This document shows, one piece after another, positions 35,466 through 41,232 of a DNA stretch of 41,232 bases. Every line of letters starts with the position of its first letter. Positions within the stretch are counted from its first letter, which is position 1. This stretch comes from Neophaeotheca triangularis (Eukaryota). Position numbers and translations under genes: made by a program. The notes beneath the pieces were generated by a model. It was not told the origin of the DNA. It saw only the letters and a list, made by a program, of their open reading frames with translations, and searched no databases. The stretch spans positions 124,001-165,232 of the forward strand of contig BAAIJX010000049.1 of NCBI GenBank assembly GCA_054600435.1, written 5' to 3'.

Positions 35466-36478
35466 TGCTGCATTGCTTGTTTTATTTTTCGAGGGATGGG
35501 GATGGGGACTTGGTTCAGGTGGGTAGGAGGTAAGGTATGGAGCTTTTGGATTCGGCAGATCGTCACCGATGACGGGATCCGCTTTACTTTGTCTCTGGTA
35601 GTGATTGTTGGCGGACCCGGATCGGCGCTAGTGGATGGATGTGGCACAGTCCAATGTAAACAGACAGGGGTATATCATCTCTTGGGTGGCTTCGATCGTT
35701 GAGAACTCGACCACTGTCGTTCGGAATGAAAGGTGAAAATATGTGAAGCAGCTCCAAGATATTACGAATCGAACCCTTTAATTTCTGTAATTGTTCGATA
35801 AATATTCATGGCGCTATGCAATCGACACTGCTCGACCGTCGATTAAAGCAAGCGCAATCAGCCTCGGCTGGAGAAATATATGTTTGTCTATGTAGGTAGT
35901 ACCTTACAAAGATTGTCACTCTCCTACCACGTAGGTGGCGAGTACTACTCTCACTTGTTACAACTCACGACCCTCCAGGCCCCCAAACCCCTTAGTCTTC
36001 CAACTCCAATCAACGGCCCTTCCAACAAATCAATCAAAACAGCCATGAAAATGCGAAAAGGTACACCTCACACCCAACCAAGCCTGCAATACCGATTCGT
36101 CCTACCCTACAGCCTGAAAAACCCAAGAATGCAGCGTGTGAGCCAAGAAACAAATTGCACGCACGTTTAGACGAGACTATCGCTTCGGGGGGAAAAAAAA
36201 AAAACTCAAAAAAAACTCAAGATAGTCGACTGGAAGCAGCAAGTTTCAGGGTTCCAGAGGAAGACAGAAAAAGGATACATGCATAGATGAAAGCAGAGAA
36301 ACCCGTCTTAACGATTCAACGAAGCCGGCATGCCACTTTTTTCTTCCCCCGCAGAACCGCCTCGCAACGTACGTACATACAGTACGAAATGCCCAACCAC
36401 TTATCATGAGGTACATCGATCAGACCCATAAATCACCCCATCACCCCTCATTCCTGCTCAGCTCAGCTCAGCTCACGC

Positions 36479-38239
36479 CTACGCCTTAAAACTGCCCTCG
36501 AACCCGGGTCTCCCCTTCTTCGCGCCACCCTTCTTAGCACTCCCGTGCTTCCCCTTACCGGCACTTGCAGGCTTCTTCTTCTTGCCCCCACCGCTGCCCT
36601 TCTCATCCCGCCTCTTGGCCAAATTCGTCTCCCGCTTCTTCTGCTTCATCTCCTTGCCCTTGCGCACACTCTCCTCGCGCTCCTTCCACTCCTTCTCGCT
36701 CTTGCTCTTGCCCTTTTCCTTACGCTTCAATGCTTTCTTGAGAAGGGAAGTGTCGTCGCGGACGCGCTCGCCGTGCGCGCGCTTCTTCGCGTTGAGCCAG
36801 AGGTCCTTTTCCGCAATGTCGGCTTGCTTTTCTGCGTCGTAGCCGGCAATGCGGGAAGCTTTGTTCTCGGCTGCTTGGAGCGCGGTGCGTGGGTCTTGCG
36901 GGCCCTTGCGCTTGTGCGGGGCGTCGAGGTGCGTCATGCCGGCGTCGGTGTGGGTACCGTCATCGAAGGCGAGGCGAGAGAAGGCGAAATTGTTGTCGGC
37001 GCTGCTTAGACGGCTAGGCGGTTTGGGGCGGGACTCGAAGATGTCCGCGCCGCCTAGAGGGCTGCCCGAGCCGCGGAGGCGGGCGTCATTTTTGCGCTCT
37101 TCTTCTTCTTTGGCATTTCTACGGAGTTCCTTTTTGTGTGCTTTGCGCGCTTCTTCCTTCTTGCGCCGTTGTTCGAGGAGTTCCTGGCGACTGCGTGCGG
37201 GGGCGCCTTCTGGACCGTCGGCTTTGCGGCGAGAGCGGAGTTCTTCAATGCGGAGACGGAGGCGTTCTTGAAGTGCGGCAGAGTCGATGTCGGGTAGTTG
37301 AAGTTTAGGTGACGAGTACCCAGATCGAGGAACTGAATCCGTGGAGGCTTGTGGATCGATGGTGACTGTGGGTTTCGGTCGGGTCTGTGTAGTTGCAGCT
37401 TTTGTCGTGACTTGCTTGGGCTGCTCAGCGACTGAGGGAGGCACGATTGAAGACGACGAGGAAGCGGCAGAGTGATTAGCCGAAGCATCGAAAGCGGGGC
37501 TCTCTGCTGCAGGCGTCGAGGGTGCTGAAGACGGCTCGTCGTCCGCCTCAGCGCCAGCAGTTATCTCTGAAGTCTCGGTCAGACCAGACATATCCATCTT
37601 CTCCATGTCTCCGTTTTGTTGCGGCTCATCATGGTCACCATGTTCCGCGAGCTTCATCGCTTGCCGATTCTCCGTCACAGCCTCATCCAGGTCCTTGTCT
37701 TGTTTCGCAGCCTTCTTAGCCTCAACTTTAGCCTTTTTCTTTGCGATCCGTTCCTTCTTCATCTGCCTCTTCTCCTTTTTCCTCTCGGCAATCTGTCTCC
37801 GCCTAGCCTCCGGATCCTCTTCCTCATCCGTCTTTCTACGTTTGCCGTCCTTTTCTCTGATAGCCTGCTCTTCGTCTACTTCCTCATCCTCACCGTCGCT
37901 CTCAAGGCCTAGCTCCCGTTTCCTCTTCTTCTCGTTTTCCTTGATGACATCAAGCGCACTTTTCTGGTGCGCCGGGTCGAGCTTTGCCTTCTTTGCCGCT
38001 CGCTTTTCTTCGGCAGTTTGCTTTTTGCGGTTCCATTGTTCGCTTGGGTCTTTACCGTCGGCTACCTGGCTGCCGTAATAATCACGTGCGGGTGTGAGGG
38101 CGAGAAGCGAGTCGAAAGCTTTGGCATGAGATTGGAGGCGATCCTGAGCTGGTTAGTCTTGGCTTGGTGGCAGGAGGGTAAAAGGCGAGACTACCTCGAG
38201 TCCCTCAAGCACATCGCTATGGTTCTCGTCGTCCGACAT
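36479..38239 (-). CDS. RRP14: Ribosome biogenesis protein RRP14 / SURF6 family; ~569 aa, 2 exons
   Basis: Exon 38239-38195 (MSDDENHSDVLEGLE), 51-nt intron (GTAGTC...GACTAAC...CAG), exon 38143-36479. N-terminal DRLQSHAKAFDSLLALTPARDYY...AAKKAKLDP (RRP14-type) and C-terminal GERVRDDTSLLKKALKRKEK..KSEKEWKER...RPGFEG (SURF6-type). Confidence 0.92.
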
Positions 38240-39022
38240 GGTAGTATTTCTCTCCGAAAAAATGGGTGGATTCGGAGTGTGGCGGGCGAGATTGTAGTGC
38301 GATGGTGGTGGTGGTGGTGGGTGCGGTGAAGAGTCGATTGAAGAAACCTCAATATGGATGGGGCTAGCGAGGTCGAACCCTGACCCTTGGAACGAAATCT
38401 TGGCATTATCGGTGTATGAAGGAAGGTTTTTGCCGACGTCCAAGTCGGGCAAGTGACAAGTCGGGCTGGCGGCCGAAGTTTACTAGTAGGTTATCGTTAT
38501 CGTTATCGTTATCTGGTTGTGGCTACTATAGCAACGGGGGCCGTAGTACTGCAGTAGGAAGTACACATACTCTGTCTGCATCTGATGCATGAAGTGATAT
38601 GAATATGATACAGTAACTTGACGGCAGTGTGTACATGGCAACTCCCAGCATAGTAATTGATTGATATATCAGTCAATTAGTTGCTACACTACCTTACCTT
38701 ACCTTACATTACCGCTCCGCTCCGCCAACGATTGCTGAAATTCAATCATCCAACAATTGCCACTCAACCCAGGTACCCTAACCCAGGTATGTTGTTGCCT
38801 GTCCATGACCTCAAGAAACTCGCGGGCAATGCGTTCCCGTCCCCATAATCACCATCCGCATCGACGTTGACTCGATTTCTTCACAAGCACAGTAGTCTGA
38901 ACAGGAGCCTCGCGACCATCTGAACTTTCGTCCAACTTGGACCCGGCCATCTTCGGTTTCGAACTCGCAACGTCCACCGTGCCCGCCAGGCAATCCAATT
39001 ACCCACTCACCTATCACGAACC

Positions 39023-40855
39023 ATGGCATCGAAACCTGTCCTCAATGTAGAGGCGAATTCATTGTCGTCCGTCACCGATATCGCGTCCAACCCGCCAGCA
39101 CATCCAGGCGTCCCCGTAGATGAACCCCTACGGCCCCTTACGCTCTACATTGCCAAAGTACCAGGAAGTCAGGACGTCTTCTTGACGCCTCTCAAACCTC
39201 GTGAGAAAGTCGTCTCGGCCGAGGACGTACTAAGTGCGCTCTACTACGTCCACTTCAACAGCGAACATGACAAGCGCTTCGTCGAGGAACCGTTCTGTAC
39301 TTCACCCACGACTCCAGAACCACCACATTCACCAGCCCCAGATGACTACAGAGTACAACGGAAGCCATTGCCTCCCCCGAGGAGTCCAAGGCCCGGTGAT
39401 CTGCCCACCCCCCCGGGCTCAGAATCCGAATACTTCCCCACTCTCCCAGCACGAAAACCAGTAAACTCCGAGAAAGTGCATGCTCGTCAGCCTGTCGTCT
39501 CAGACAGAGCTGGCAGGAGACCAAACTACGCCCCTGATCTGGACCTGCCAGACATACCTCGGCGGCCTTGCCCGTCACCTCTTGCGGAATTGCCCTCCTA
39601 CAGCTCCTCCTGGCAAGAGAACTCATGGCGACGTTCTATGCAGAGCGGTGCAGCGAGCGATGAGAACAATCCTTACTTTAGGACTTACAGCCATCCAGAA
39701 GGGGACCTGCCAAGTCCTCTAGCAACCGAACACTCGCCGCCAGCATCCCCATCGCTTGGTCCAGAGCCCGGCACTCTAACCCTCATCCGTCGAGATCCAG
39801 GTTCTACCGAGCAGTGGAACGTAGCGACCATCCACGATCCTCCAGTACAAGAAGTCTCATCCGCATCACTCCTCAACCCATCTTCAGCCTCATCGCGAAC
39901 AAAAAGAGGCGGCGCACCAATGTTCCTAGACGTCACGAATCCGGGCTATTTCCAGTTCATCGACCTGGAGCGTCCCGTTTCACGCAACAGCACCTCCACC
40001 TTTTCTTCAGCCGACGATCCACCCCCAGAAGGGACTTTCAGACGCAGAATGTACATGCCAGGCTCTGCATTCGGCGAACACAGCTACTCACCCTCAACAT
40101 CAACATCCCTCAACCGCACGTCAATAGACATGCGCCCCAGCTTCTCGTCCAACCGCGACGCCTCCCTCGACCTCCCCCGAACCCTGCACACCTCCCGCAC
40201 GGACCCCTACCCGGATTTGACCTCAAAATCAACCCCACGCTTCGACCGCCGCAGCAAAAACTACACCTTCGCCTCCCCTTACCCAGGCGGCCAATGCACT
40301 TTCCAAACCTCCGCCTCAGGTCGGGCCCTCAAATGCCGCCACCTGTTCCCCTCAATCCAGACATCCTCCTCCTTCGAGCTGAGCGAACTGCGCTTCAACC
40401 TTCCCATCGAAAATCCCAACCCTCCCCAACCCCAAAACCTCAAAAGCAGCCACGGCCGCGCCTCGAGCCTCTCCAGCACCTCCACAACCCCCCTCGCCCT
40501 CAAACGCAAATCCCTCTCCAAATTCACCCAGCAAGCCAAAACCGCCCTCACCAACTCCACCTGGCCCCCAGAAAACCAAGACCAACCCCAACCCCCACCA
40601 TCCCGCCCTCTACCCCCTTGCCCAACCCTGCCCAACGACCCGCAGCCCACCACCTTCCTCCCCGAACCCCAATCTTTCGAGCAAGAGCGCATGGACCTCT
40701 CGCTCGGCCAGGAGTCGGCGGGAGGCGGTTTGGGAGGCAAACAGGCCAAGCTGGGCAAGCTGATCATCGAGCCCGAAGGTTTGAAAATGCTGGACTTGCT
40801 CGTTGCCGCGAATGTCGGGCTTTGGTGGAGGGCTTACGGGAGAGGTAAGGGGTGA
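39023..40855 (+). CDS. Fungal hypothetical protein, Pro/Ser-rich, function unknown
   Basis: Intronless 610-aa ORF. Ordered blocks LTLYIAKVPGSQDVFLTPLKP...LYYVH, LTLIRRDP...QWNVA, YTFASPY..QCTF.T..SGRALKCRH, SELRFNLP and MDLSLGQESAGGG.GGKQAKLGKLII..EGLKMLDLLVAANVGLWW are separated by low-complexity linkers. Confidence 0.85.
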   Translation: MASKPVLNVEANSLSSVTDIASNPPAHPGVPVDEPLRPLTLYIAKVPGSQDVFLTPLKPREKVVSAEDVLSALYYVHFNSEHDKRFVEEPFCTSPTTPEPPHSPAPDDYRVQRKPLPPPRSPRPGDLPTPPGSESEYFPTLPARKPVNSEKVHARQPVVSDRAGRRPNYAPDLDLPDIPRRPCPSPLAELPSYSSSWQENSWRRSMQSGAASDENNPYFRTYSHPEGDLPSPLATEHSPPASPSLGPEPGTLTLIRRDPGSTEQWNVATIHDPPVQEVSSASLLNPSSASSRTKRGGAPMFLDVTNPGYFQFIDLERPVSRNSTSTFSSADDPPPEGTFRRRMYMPGSAFGEHSYSPSTSTSLNRTSIDMRPSFSSNRDASLDLPRTLHTSRTDPYPDLTSKSTPRFDRRSKNYTFASPYPGGQCTFQTSASGRALKCRHLFPSIQTSSSFELSELRFNLPIENPNPPQPQNLKSSHGRASSLSSTSTTPLALKRKSLSKFTQQAKTALTNSTWPPENQDQPQPPPSRPLPPCPTLPNDPQPTTFLPEPQSFEQERMDLSLGQESAGGGLGGKQAKLGKLIIEPEGLKMLDLLVAANVGLWWRAYGRGKG

Positions 40856-40947
40856 TTTTTCGTTCTCGTCTGAGATTCGGGTATGGATCTTGCGGGGTGT
40901 GGTGGATTTATGGGGGCTGGGTTGGGATGTAGGAGTGAGGGACGAGC

Positions 40948-40991
40948 GGAGGAGGAGGAGGAAGAGGAGGAGGAGGAAGTGGAGGAGGAGG
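40948..40991 (+). repeat. (GAG)n purine microsatellite in the 3' flank
   Basis: ggaggaggaggaggaagaggaggaggaggaagtggaggaggagg. Confidence 0.8.
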
Positions 40992-41232
40992 TGCAGACGG
41001 GGAGTGGAGGATGGAAAAAGAGTGAATTGCTGGACTATAGAATGGAGGACGTGCTTTGATCGATCAAGACTAAAACCCAGCTATGCTCGACCCGCTAGCT
41101 GGGAGACGAGGTCACTCGAATCCATCCAGCCAGCACCGTGTCGGAAGTGACAGGGAAGAAGTGAGATGGGACGACCCCGACCAATATCGCAAGCAGCCTT
41201 ACACCCCCAAGAGCCGAAAGAAGACCCCCCCC

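Noticed and set aside
38360..38440. tRNA-like GGTTCGA on the minus strand
   Set aside because: The T-arm stem does not pair and no cloverleaf or A-box could be built.

Overview
Eukaryotic DNA from a filamentous ascomycete (Pezizomycotina; Dothideomycetes is a guess from protein style and short GT-AG introns with CTRAC branch sites). Ten apparently intact protein genes are supported: the 3' end of an NRPS-like condensation-domain protein, a Pro-rich Cys-motif hypothetical protein, cytoplasmic tyrosyl-tRNA synthetase, a PXA/PX sorting-nexin-type protein, a four-exon Zn2Cys6 transcription factor, a patatin-like phospholipase, a four-exon adenylate cyclase, protoporphyrinogen oxidase, an RRP14/SURF6 nucleolar protein and a fungal hypothetical protein. 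The ~7.4 kb between the patatin gene and the adenylate cyclase leader has no intact gene. It holds a frameshifted F-box pseudogene and an unannotated locus with a strong-looking promoter, one in-frame TAG, an intron and a degenerate ~90-bp array of exon-like units encoding R-R-G-x-x-K-S-[YF]. Most genes switch abruptly from C-rich to G/T-rich codons near their 3' ends, and a 7-bp repeat array shows the same polarity. I found no tRNA, rRNA, CRISPR array or recognisable transposon. All family assignments come from motif recognition by eye; no database searches were run.
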